From: Owenia fusiformis
Taxonomy: Eukaryota
Assembly: GCA_903813345.2 (NCBI GenBank)
Contig: CAIIXF020000001.1
Location: 11,098,001-11,162,000, forward strand
Direction: 5' to 3'
DNA: 64,000 bases
Made by a program: the position numbers and the translations under genes. This document shows positions 52,062 through 64,000 of the stretch, one piece after another. The notes beneath the pieces were generated by a model that saw nothing but the letters and a program-made list of their open reading frames with translations, made no database searches and was not told where the DNA came from. Position 1 is the first letter of the stretch; every line of letters starts with the position of its first letter.

Positions 52062-54184
52062 AATTTAAATATAAATTTTAAAAATTTTGGGCGATCCGTT
52101 ACGAATTGATTAAAGCGCCGAGAGCGTATCAAAGCTTAAGAAACCGTAACAAAGCTCAACAAAGCTCGACCCAAAGCGTAGGAAAGCTTAACAGAGCTTG
52201 GTTCAAAGCGGGGACCCCAGTCTCTTCAAGGTCTGTTACCACTTGACATGCTTCGTTTAGATGTCTCAAGCTTTAATACGATCTGGCATGAAGATCTGAC
52301 ACGGGGTCAGACGCTTTCATCAATATCTGACACTCTTTGTTGCGCTTTCATGAAGGACTCTCAAGCTTTTTAACGAATTGAGACGCTTTAATCAAGGATT
52401 GAAACGCTTGGCATCATGCGACAAACATAATGTCTTCTTCAGATAGGTAACGATCTGGTCCATCTGGGATTTCTGGATCTTGTTGTTCTGCAATTTTAAA
52501 ATTTTTTGGCGCTCTTGCCGAACATCCCGCTTTCCTCCGAGCTTTTCTACGACCTATTACAACCCCGACGCTTTAATCAAGCTTTGTTACGCTTTGGTGC
52601 CGCTTTACAAATCGCTTTAAAGCGCCATGTTTTGGGGCCGCTTTGCTCGCCGATTTAAAGCGTGGCATTTGCCGTTGGTGTGAACGTAGCTTTAACCCTT
52701 TGAGTGCCATTGGGCCGATTCGGCCGATGGGAAAATGTATGTCGCTAAATTGCCAAGATCGGCCCAAAATCGGCCCAAAATAACGCGTTTATATACACAG
52801 GGAAACATGTCATCAACTAGGAATGAATAATCTATTCTTATTTATTTATGTTTGTTCAGATCGCTCTTAATAAATCGACCCGGTCTCAGTTTGATTTAAG
52901 TTAATTTAACAGACGCTGGGTATTTTACAACATCGTATAGTGAATGCGTTTAACCAAGTTGGCAAGGTTTAATGGAATATCGGCCCGAATATAGTAGATT
53001 CAATGATGTCCCCATAAATGGTGAATAATACGTTACTGGTCAAGTAATTAAACAAATTGTGTTGCAAACTATCTGAGGTAACTTATTTTATGCTATGAAC
53101 GCACGTAATTTTCGTATTTTTGCAACGCTGATGTTTGTTAGATTGTATCTGTTAACGCAATTTAGTGTACAAATGAAGTAAATACTTGAAATTCGTGTAT
53201 TGGAAATAAAATATGCATGGATATGAATGAAACGTAATGTTTGTTTTGTTCATTAAAAATAATTCGACCTGATCTATTCCACATATACAGTATACAATGT
53301 AGTTATATTTTACGAACGCTGGGCATCTTACAATATCCAAAAATTAATGCTTATTAACAAGCTTGGCATTCAAGGATTTCGTTAATATCGGCCCAAAATG
53401 TTGTCCCTATAAACGTTGATTTGTAAGTAATTCGTCGCAAGTATACCAAAGTCACTTATTTGTAAATGAGTGCATTTCTTATTATACTTTGAACGCATAT
53501 GATTTTCAGCATTTTAGAACGCTTACTGTTGTCTTGAAAGTGTAGCGTAATAACGTTTTTGAAACATGAAATTAACTGTAACAATGTAAAACATGTATTT
53601 ATAAATATAATCCATGTGAATATATAGAAATGACATTACACATTATGCATCAACTGAAAATAAAAATAAAATACTTTTGGATGTAGAAATGCGAACTGAT
53701 CATTGATAAAGAGCGTCCGTTTTCGTGTTTGTACGATGGACGCTGTGGTAGCTACATGTGTAAGTAGGCCTACATTATGCCTTATTACATGTATTAAACA
53801 AATCAAACATTAAATGAGTTAACGTACCATTTCCTTAGTTTATCTGATTTTAACGTCGTCCTGAACATTATAAAAGGCGATACAATATGTATATTTCGTT
53901 GGGTAAATTATTTGTTCCTTCATGAGTATAGCAAGCAATACGTATATACGTTTAGGGGATCTGGATTTACAGACAATATTGTCACAGAATATGCAAACGC
54001 TAAGATGATTAAATGTACGAGTAATAAACAGTGTTTGAATGATTATAAATATAAAGAATCCACTATTTAGTTTTGTGTTTATTTAATACAATTAACCTGT
54101 TTTACCCTACCAGTGGAGACGATGGGCTCAATTGCAGTATCATATTGCAGTAAGTACAATGTTAAAGTATTTTACATAAATAAG

Positions 54185-54809
54185 GGTAGAGATTAAAAGG
54201 TGGATTGGATCGAGTGGATTGGATTCATGTAAAAGGTGGATTGGATCAGGATTCTTCAAATTATGGATTTTCCTTAAAAATGTATATTGATCTCCCATCA
54301 GATGATTAATGCTCTCCTCACTTCCACAATGTCAAATAATAGATGTTATATCATTTTGCTTGGGTAGGCTAGAAAGGTGACCTCAGATACACAATCTTAA
54401 TTATTCCAAGAGTAAATTTAGACATTTCACAAATCATAAGGCATGCTTTTGAAGTCGAAGTCCATATCATCTGTTTTCAATTCAAACAGAACATGTCTTG
54501 GGAACACCCACACGTCAATTTGAATGACAGTTTTTCTCTATAGATCTATGTTTATTATGTCTTACTAATGTTTATTTACAGGGGAGAGTAGTTAAATACT
54601 TTAGAGTATCTATCAACTAATTGAAATATGTATTTGTCATTGCTTTGTCGATTCTTAAAGGGACCCAAGTAATCATAAAATACTTTAGCCCGGAGGAAAT
54701 TGCTAAGAGGGAGTACAACTAAAAAATCCATATTTTGAAGATTCCCGATCCAATCCACCTTTTACATGAATCCAATCCACTCGATCCAATCCACCTTTTA
54801 ATATCTGCC
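54185..54809. mobile_element. MITE with 8-bp TSD and GG termini (Merlin-like)
   Basis: ~85-bp TIR GGTAGAGATTAAAAGGTGGATTGGATC with internal repeats; TSD taaataag (54177-54184 and 54810-54817). Confidence 0.8.
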
Positions 54810-56778
54810 TAAATAAGGGGTTTAAATTTAATAATATGAAATATTTTGTCCTAGATATCGTTTATTTATACTCCAGGCCACAAGGGCCGATTACCGCCCA
54901 TTTTACCTGAAATTGTGAATTGCAACAATATAGAGTACCTCTCTTGTACATAATTTCGGCAATGTTAAATAAAGAGATGGCATAAGAAGAACATATATAA
55001 AATAACAATTTACTTGCGTGCATTTAAATTCTACTGCGTGCTATAGAAGATCTAGAGTTTCTAGATAGCTTTGAAATCTTGCATGCTAACTCTCGTTTTT
55101 TCATGTCGCGATTTTAAGAGATTTGCACTTTTTATCTCTAATTTTGATAGCATATTTGAATTTAGTGACACGTTTTCTCCAATAATAGCTTTGATTTACA
55201 CAGTTATGTCATTTAAATCATTTTCTATGACATTTGAAAAAACTTGGGCCAAATCTCCATTGGTGCAGTACTAAAATTCATTCAAACCTTGGCTAATTTG
55301 TATGACAACCATCTTGTATTGACAATATTGACAGGGCCATCCAATAGTATGTCATTCGAGTTTCAGACAGATTCAACCAACACGTTTTGATAAATCATGA
55401 AATTAATTGACTATTGCACGTTTCTAGCACTGAAGTGAATGGAGGTCTGGCCCAAGTAAAGTCAAAGACAAACAAAAGTGACATTTATTATGTCAGCGTT
55501 ATTCAGCTATTTAGAAACTATACAATTACTCCCGTGGGTTCAAAGTTAATAATAATATTTTTAGTTTCACTTATTTTGAGCAAAATACTTTGGGGTTTAG
55601 GTACTCTTCAGACATTCTAGAGGTGAGAATTACATAAAACCAGACAGGTTTTTAGTTTTATTTCATCGTTTTTATATAAAACCTCGTCTTCTTGAATAAT
55701 TTTGGATTTGATTCATCCTTTACACTGACGTTTCAGGTATATCAGTTTCAGATTTTAGTCATTATGTGAAACAAAATCGAGAGATGTATGTAATAAGTGC
55801 CATTTTTAACAACTCCATTTGGAGTCGGAAAAGTGGCTTGAGAATGCAGGAAAACTGACCAATCAGAATGCCAGATTCCTCAGTATTTTTAAAGTGAATC
55901 TTCGATTATCGAGAAACTTTTTCACGTTCAAATTTCACCTACTTATCCTACGTGGGTGGCTTCAAAGGTGATACCATCGGGAAACTGACAATGTAAGCTT
56001 CACTATGACATTATGCTTTTAGAAATCGATCGAGAAATGGCGGAGAAAAAGACCGATAAGTGTCATTTCTGTAAAACGTGAGTTTGGGGAGCTAAAGTGG
56101 ATTGGGACTGCAAGAAAGTCGGCCAATCAGAACGCAGCATTTCTTCAGTGAAACTTGGCATTCGAGAAATCACCTTTACTCTCTATTTCCCCCATTTTCT
56201 CGTAATTTGGTCATTACAAAAGTGGAACCATCGGAAAGCTATTGTTCCGAGCAAAACCATGGTCTTATTTATTTCGAAGTCTATCAATCAACAGCAGAGT
56301 TAAAGACTAATAAATTCCATTTTTATACAGCCAGTTTAGAGCAAAAAAGTGGATTCAGACTGCTACAACTTTATGCAAATTAGCTAGACGTATCTAGGTT
56401 AGTAGCCCACGTATGTGGGTTAGTAGGTTTGTTCTGTCAAGGCCGCGCATGTATCAATGCATAAGCAGATATCCGTTTCAGCATACTTTGAAACCGTACC
56501 TTACGTGTTCTTTCACGGAATCCACGTAGATTGAAAAATGCTGACATATTTGGTCATTTCTATTTATTACACCTTAATTCGTATGATAGAATAGCGGGGA
56601 TATTCTTTTTTCCATCTGAAAATGTACAAATGTACTTCAACATTGGGTGGGGAAAGATTTGTACATCAAACAAACCTTATTCAAATACATGAAGAAATAA
56701 ACTCATATTATCAAGAAATTCTTGAAACCTCTGTTGCAGTTGCACGCAAAGACAAGAAGACTTTATTTCATGTATTTG

Positions 56779-57276
56779 GTTTGTGGTGCTGTAAAGCGCT
56801 TTCAGAGGCCCTTCAAAAAAGCTAGGGTGTAAAGTGGGAGGATCCTGGGGGCCAATCAATTGGGTAATTCAATGCTACTTTCTGATTTCAAAAGAGTTCT
56901 ACCAGACGATCTGCCACAGGCCTTTGCACCATCCTTTTAACCATCCTTTGACAATGAAATGTTGTATTTCTATCCAGGAAAGAAACAACTGGATCATTGA
57001 TGATATCAAGATATCACTGTCCACAGCATTCCAAGACCACATGTCCAACCACTGAGAAGTTGGCGCAAATCAGATTTCACATGCGTCTTTAAAATCTGCC
57101 CTGTGCAGCCAATCATGGACGGATTTTGAATCTGATGGTGTGAATTTATTCGAGAAGGGTTGGTCTTTTGGTATCGAAGTATATTTTAAAGGAAAAGTCA
57201 AAATCATGAAAGATATTAAACTTTTTGTAAGTGTAACATAGTTGGCCTTTAAGTTTAATTCTGTCAATATTTTATA
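56779..57276 (+). repeat. Second copy of 51564-52061
   Basis: Direct near-identity. Confidence 0.92.
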
Positions 57277-58063
57277 CTTTGCTATTACCTTTTGATAATG
57301 CATTACTCTTATTTTTAGCCCATCGTTGGTCATATAGCAGACCCCTTTTTAAGAATCTTTTTATGTTTCATTTTAGCAAACTGCTTTACCAAAAATATGC
57401 AAAAATAAGAGTAGATAAATAAAAGTAACCATTTTTTTATTTCACACAATTAACACCTGGCTAACTTTTTCAGAAATAGAAAATGCAGTTTATTTCAAAA
57501 TAGCCTTAGTCGTTTTCAAAAAAAACTTCATTCAATAAGCAAATATAGCCTGTAATTTATTACAGTTTTAATTGAATGTTAAGCACTACAAAACGTGTGA
57601 AATAACATTTGCTACCTCAACTTCACGGCGAAGCAAGACGAACAAGGTAATGTCAAGTGTTATGGAACCATGGCCTTATTGAAACTCAACAAAGAGATTA
57701 ATATTCTTTCTTAACAATCCATCATCTTTTTCTGTCTCAAATCTGACAAACGTTAATAAATATTAACTCGGTGTATTAACAACTACCCCAAACTATGATC
57801 TAAAGAAACTGCTTATAATACCTCCTACTTGTACTTTTGCTAGAGGTATAGCCAATAAGATAACCGCATTAAGAAATAATATATTCATTTTTGCCATGTA
57901 TTGACTCTTCGTGTATTGTTTAGATCAAAATGCGATCTTTCATTCTAAAACAGGCTTATTCTGGGTCTAATCGTTCTGCAGTAGATGTAATCAAATGATT
58001 AAATAAAGTAACATAAATTGTAAACGTATTGCAGTTTCACACTTACCTTGACACAAATGCAAA

Positions 58064-58166
58064 ATGCTGTTGCTGTTGGCGTCTGTTCTCTGTCTTGTAG
58101 GTTTTAGCGGGGCATGTAGCTGTTACCCTCGGCACCCGCAGTCGCAGTACTGTGCAGCGGACTATG
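58064..58166 (+). CDS. TIMP: Tissue inhibitor of metalloproteinases, first coding exon (rest of gene beyond the window)
   Basis: MLLLLASVLCLVGFSGA|CSCYPRHPQSQYCAADY-G|gtaagg: signal peptide, mature C-X-C N-terminus, HPQ..YC..D motif, phase-1 donor. Too short to appear in the ORF track. Confidence 0.88.
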
Positions 58167-58216
58167 GTAAGGTCGGATGAGTATGTCAGTTTGTCCATCA
58201 TTCAGCACATGTAGTT

Positions 58217-61200
58217 TTTTTTCTTTTTTCAAATATAGTTTATTCCAATTTAGGTTTTTACGATACAGGAATACAATGATACAATTAATTGCAATTATGT
58301 ATAATCAATGAGTTATGTTTTAATCATTTTCCATTTGTTTTTAAAAAATACATTTTTACGAGTACAGATTTCAAAATTTAAAGTTTTAATAGTGCCTTCA
58401 AAATTACGCTTAATACCATTATTCAGTTCTTATATATATGTTTTATATAGAACAAATGACACAATACTTATAAAATAGTTTAAAAATTCAGTATGATTGT
58501 CATCTCCATCGTAACCAATTATCAATTTTCTGTAAGTTACTCTTAACCCTGAGATATTATAAATATGTTTCCAAATGTTTTGAGAATATGAGCATGCAAA
58601 TAACAAATGTTTCAAGGTACATAATTCATTACATAAACTACATTTGTAGGTTTCACTTTTACATAAATCACTAAGGCTAGGAAGAATATTGTTGATTATT
58701 TTAAAGTTGAAATTACCTATTTTCTTTTCTTTACAACTTATTTTTGTAGAGAAAAAGTTTTGCCAATTTATTTCATCATTGGCTTCATAGCAAAACCCTT
58801 GTTCCCATTTCCTTTTCATAAACCATTTTTTCCGATCGTTTGTTTTTTAATATTTCATAAAATGATTTGGATTTCTGATTATTCACAGTGATAATCACAT
58901 TACTTATATTAAATTTAAAAGTATTATGAATATTTCTATACTTGACAGATTCTTAATTTAATCTTTCTTTCAGTGTGCCCGTGGCTGATAAAACTCTGTA
59001 ATATTCAGATATCCAATTTTGTTTATATACAAGTTTTTGATATAACATATTAACATCAAGGAACCTGTTCTGAATTATCAAGTCTTTTATGTATATAATT
59101 CCACTTTTGATCCATGATTCAAAGACAATTGGTTTATTTTTGACGGTGAATAATTTGTTTCCCCATATAACCTCTTGCAAGAGTTCATGTTGCTTCATAT
59201 CTCTTATATTTTTGATGCATTTACATAAACAATGTGCTTCCAGCACTTGTTGATAAAAAAAGTGGAACATTTTCAAATTCTTTGAATCTAGTATCATTTA
59301 TCTTGAATAGTACATCTATATTTGGAAGAAATTTATTGAAATATAAGTAAGGGATTTTATTGTACATGTTTTGATGGTGAAAACGGGGGATCCATGCTGC
59401 TTTAAGTGCATGTATTTGAGACTCTAAGTCAATCATATTTATTCCACCCTTATTAATATTATTTATGATTATAGATCTTCTTATTTTGTCCTTTTTTCCA
59501 TCCCATAGAAATTTAAATACAAGATTGTTTACTTTTTTATAATCTCATGTGGCACAGATAATACTGATGCTGCATAAATTAAATTTGGAATTGCCAGTGA
59601 TTTAATCACTGTAACTTTGCCAAAAAGTGTTAAGTATCGGTTCTTCCAGCTGTCTAATATTTTTTCTTCCCAGTTTAATTCATAACATCTTTGTTTGTTG
59701 TGTCCTATAAAGATTCCTAAATATTTGATTGGTTCATCAGTAAAAGTTATATTTTCACATTTCTTTTCAAAGTTGTTTAACTTCAGACCAGAAAATTTTG
59801 AGAAATTGGAAATAGTATTAAGAGCATTTTTCAATGACTCTTTATCTTTAATGAAAAGTGAAGTATCGTCCGCATATTTATTTTTTATTTATTTATTTAT
59901 TTATTTATTTATTCATATATATTTCAACATCAAATGTACAGTAAACGGGTGACACTTCTCGTGTATATTCCAGTGTTTATAAACAAACATGAAATGTACA
60001 GATTGGGGATCTGCTTGTGTGATGAATGCTACTATCCATGTCTGACTAAGAATGTGTCATATAATGCCCACTATGGTTAACTGAAATTGATATTATTGAT
60101 TGATAAAATATTTTTTCAATTCTTTTTTCACAATAAAAATACTTCCAGATGATGTTATTTCAAGAGGTAATGAATTCCAAATTGATGGTGCAGTAAAAAA
60201 TATCAAAGCTTTTCCATAATTTGTTCGAATTTTGGGTTTGTCATAGTTTAGCCTATTTCGGGTGTTGTAAACATGTCTCTCTTGGATGGTACTGAAGAGG
60301 TTTGGAAAAATTTGATGATAATTATGGAGTTTATTAATCCATTTACATGAAAAGGCATTTCAACTGCTTATTAATATCAAATATATTCAAAATGTTCAGT
60401 TGTTTGAATAGGGGAAGGGAATGTGCTCTGTAGTTACTGTTTGTTGCAATACGTGTAAATTTTTTCTGCAAAATATGAAGGGAGTTTAACAAACCACTAC
60501 CTGCTTCACCCCAGATAAGATTGCCATATATCAAATAAGAGTAAATAAGGGAATAATAGATGCTCAAGAATGCTTTATCATTTAACAGTTGTTTGACCCT
60601 ATATAGAATACCAATGGTTCTGGAGATTTTAGCATTTACGGACATAATATGACGCTTCCAGTTTAAGTTTTGATCAATTGTAATACCAAGAAAATTAATG
60701 TTATCAACCTGCTGAAGCTTCTTTTTATTAAGATAGATGTTTGTGTTATTTGCATTATATCTTTTTTGACTCGAGGTGAAAATAATATATTTTGTCTTAT
60801 CCGCATTAAGGGATAATTTATTAGTGATAAGCCACTCCTCTATTAGTTTTAGTTCAGTATTAAGAATATCAGCAAGTTCAGTTAGATTTTTACCTTTTAT
60901 CAATAAATTGGTATCATCCGCGAATAAAACAAAAAACAATCGTGGAGAAGAAAGGTAAATGTCATTTATGTACAGAATAAAGAACTGTGGTCCAAGAATT
61001 GAGCCTTGAGGGATTCCGCACGTGATAAATTCAGGCTCAGATAAGGTATTGTTGTAAAATGTTTTCTGAATTCTGTGTGTAAATTAGCTTTTGATCCAAT
61101 TGAGCGCAACACCACGAATGCCATAAAATTCAAGTTTACTAAATAGGATGTTGTGATCAATTGTATCGAAGGCCTTGGAAAAATCAAGAAACAATCCAAT

Positions 61201-62737
61201 GGTAAATTCGCCATCATCAATCGCTTTTCTAATCTTTTCAATAAAAGTTAGAACAGCCATTGAAGTCGATCTTTTTTCCCTAAATCCAAATTGGTTAATG
61301 TACAAAATATCGATAGAGTCTATGAATGTAGAAATTCTATGATGCATTATTTTTTCCAGGATAAAGGATATTGGGACATCTTATATGTTTTACCATCAAC
61401 AGTTATACCTGATATATCATTATTTTGCTGAATTGCTAAGTTCATAACTTCGCAACATAAAATAAATGCCATTGCGGAAACGGGGCAGCCCTGCCGACAT
61501 GAGCGTTCAACATCAATATTTTTTGATAACCATCCATTTTGCTTATTGTTTAAGAAAGGTTTTCGTATAAAAGTTTGAGCCATTTGATAATCTTATCACT
61601 GAATTTAAATTTTTTCAACGTTTCATACATGAAATTCCACTCTATACTATCAAACGCTTTTTGGAAGTCAAGAAAGATTATAGCGCCACCTATCTGATTT
61701 TGATTTCCAAAATATTCAAATACATCTAATACCAGTCGGCTACTATTTCCTATAAAACGACCATTAATATAAGCCGTTTGTTGCATACCAATTAATTTAC
61801 CCATAACCTTTTGAAGTCTTTTTTTGCCAAGATAAAAGCTAAAATCTTATAATCTGTATTAGATAATGATATTGGACGATAAGTTTTTAATAGTTCACGG
61901 TCTCCTTTTTTGAATAACAAAGATATGATAATTTTACGAAATGATTTTGGTAAGATTCCAACTTCATATGACTCATTAATTGCTTCTATAACATAAATGT
62001 ATATCTTTCCAAAAGCATTTATAGAAGTCAGTGGTTAAACCATCTGATCCTGGGGAAATATCTTTTTTCATACGGGAAATAACAGGTAAACACTCACTGT
62101 TATTGATAACACCTTCAAGGATGTCATTATCTTGTTAATCTAATGTATTAGGAAAGTTAATAGAATTCAAATAATTTTTTACTTTATTGGTTGGTTGGGA
62201 TTTTGATCTATATAATTCGCTATAGAATTTAATTTCTTCTTTCAAAATATCCTCATCTAATCTAAGTATACTATATATATTTTCTGATTTCAATGATGTA
62301 ATTGTATTATTTGCCTGACGTGCTTTTTCTAAATTCAGAAAATATTTTGAGTTTTTATCTCCAAATTCTATTTCTTGCTCTTTTGACCTTAAGATGGCAC
62401 CCTTTGTTTTGCTTTCAAGGTCTTTTTCAAAAATAGATAAAATTTCAAGCTCTCTAGCTTTTGTAGTGTCAGAAGTATGATCACTACTCTGTATTAAACA
62501 AGCTCTTTATTTAGAACATGTAATTTTTTCTTTGAAATTGAACATTTTTTTTGATTGAGAATTGAATTGCAAATTCTTTAATTTTGACTTTCAAAAATTC
62601 CCATTTTAATTGTTTTGAGTTAATCTGGTTTAATTCATGTTCATTTATATTTCTAATCAACCCTTTTACTTCGTGTACAAAAGTGCTATCAAGTAAAAGA
62701 GAATTATTGAATTTCCAATAACCAGGACCTCGCATGT
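58217..62737 (-). mobile_element. 5'-truncated, decayed L1/Tx1-clade LINE in TIMP intron 1
   Basis: 13-bp TSD agcacatgtagtt (58204-58216 and 62738-62750); A-rich tail with AATAAA. ORF2 remnants RGPGYWKFNNSLL, LDFQKAFDSIEW, RQGCPVSA, SQY/ADDT, KYLG, LTLFGKVTVIKSL, C..C....HL...C zinc knuckle; many frameshifts. Confidence 0.92.
59879..61367 (-). mobile_element. 5'-truncated CR1-group LINE nested in the Tx1 element
   Basis: RT motifs NQFGFR, FLDFSKAFDTIDH, GIPQGSILGP, LFADDT, FLG, with a single in-frame stop at ~61084; (TAAA)n tail at 59879-59912; 5-bp duplication atatt. Confidence 0.92.
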
Positions 62738-62817
62738 AGCACATGTAGTTATTTCATACACATTTTAGGATGTTCAAGAAAGAAAATATGTTTAATGTTA
62801 TCAAATAGAGGTTTCTA

Positions 62818-63631
62818 ACCCTACTATCACACCAAACTAGTTTTCACTACGTTCTCGAAAACGGGCTTCAGCTGTGTACGAGCGGACTGGATGTACCTAG
62901 AACCGTTTGGGGTCTATTTACAAACTTCACCGAACGTACTCGAACGGGTAGGTCCCCTAGAACTTAGAACATGCTCAAAATGTTCTCGTGGTCGATACGT
63001 TCTACAATAAGAACGAGTGACAACGTACTAACGACGAGCTGGACGTACTACGAACGGAACCGTCGTACTTCAATCCTACTAGGGACGTTTTAACAACGAG
63101 TTAAACTGTCTGAGGACGTATCAAGAACGAGGTAGAACTAATTGCAAACGGGTTTAAACTGATTAAGAACGTATTTCATTTAAGACTGCTTATGAACGAG
63201 TTAGCAAAAATATAGCTATCACACCAAGTAAGTTGCCACTGCGTTCTTCAAAACTGGTTTTAAACTGTGTGCCAACGGAATGAACGTAGCTGCAACTTTC
63301 TAAGGTCTATTTACGAACTTCATGAACCTTCTCAGACGGGAAGGTGATTTTAGAATTTTGAATCGATTCAAAATTCGATGGCGACCATACCGTTCTGTTA
63401 TCAGGTCATGATGACCTTCTAGACTAAGGGACGCGTTCTACGGCGTTGCACACCGACGTGGTGCGACCTGAACGAACTGCGAACGAGATGGACGTATTGA
63501 AGACTGTTTATGAACGAAGTAGCTAATTATTTTAGACATATTTTCCGACCACAGCCAGATTGAGCCCGTTTTACAACTTTTTCGTAGGACTGGCAAGAAC
63601 GGGTAAGAACTAGTTTGGTGTGATAGGGGGT
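62818..63631. mobile_element. TIR MITE (Harbinger-like), first of two tandem copies
   Basis: ctatcacaccaaactagtt ... aactagtttggtgtgatag; TAA-like flanks. Confidence 0.75.
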
Positions 63632-63643
63632 AAGGAATTAGTT

Positions 63644-64000
63644 ACCCTACTATCACACCAAACTAGTTCTCACTACGTTCTCGAAAACGGGCTTCAACTG
63701 TGTACGAACGGAGTGGACGAACTAAGAACCGTTTGGGATCTATTTACAAACTTCATCGAACGTACTCGAACGGGTAGGTCCTCTAGAACTTAGACAATGC
63801 TCAAAATGTTCTCGTGGTCGTCAAGATCTACAATTAGAACGAGTGACAACGTACTAACGACGAGCTGGACGTACTACGAACGGAACCGTCGTACTTCAAT
63901 CCTACTAGGGACGTTTTAACAACGAGTTGAACTGTCTGAGGACGTGTTGAGAACGAGGTAGAACTCATTGCAAACGGGTTTAAACTGATTAAGAACGTAT
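63644..64000. mobile_element. Second tandem copy of the same MITE, cut by the window end
   Basis: Colinear near-identity to 62818-63175. Confidence 0.8.

Larger units (their letters stand above)
46903..52691. mobile_element. Rearranged TIR element (Harbinger-like ends, TTAA flanks) with three left ends and two right ends
   Basis: AGCTACGTTC(A/G)CACCAA at 46903, 47069 and 47229; reverse complements end at 51332 and 52691; long inverted subterminal arms. Confidence 0.8.

Noticed and set aside
52692-52790. piggyBac-like left end (TTAA|CCCTTTGAGTGCC)
   Set aside because: No matching right TIR found in the window, so the element cannot be delimited.
1-64000. tRNA, rRNA or snRNA genes
   Set aside because: None recognised by eye; a covariance-model scan (tRNAscan-SE, Infernal/Rfam) would be needed to exclude them.

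Overview
AT-rich, intron-containing animal genomic DNA. The gene and transposon repertoire suggests a marine invertebrate (inference); nothing here is prokaryotic and there is no CRISPR array. I reconstructed four host genes by hand from splice sites and reading frames. (1) An SDR16C-family short-chain dehydrogenase (+, 5627-12676; first coding exon not located) with two homologous alternative last exons. (2) A complete, convergent LDAH lipid-droplet hydrolase (-, 17247-14004, 318 aa). (3) A 15-exon secreted astacin metalloprotease (+, 22810-39799, about 695 aa) with signal-pro-astacin-EGF-CUB-EMI-like-TSP1-EMI-like layout and Leu replacing the Met-turn Met. (4) The first coding exon of a TIMP (+, 58064-58166). 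The rest is dense, often nested mobile DNA: a decayed Tc1, an intron-bearing Harbinger transposase pseudogene inside a rearranged element, an L1/Tx1 LINE split at its YADD motif by a CR1-group LINE, a Helentron-type HINE, and many MITEs with readable TIRs and TSDs. There are also minisatellites and a >=1.6 kb direct duplication. All coordinates were counted by eye and may be off by a few bases; no database searches were run.
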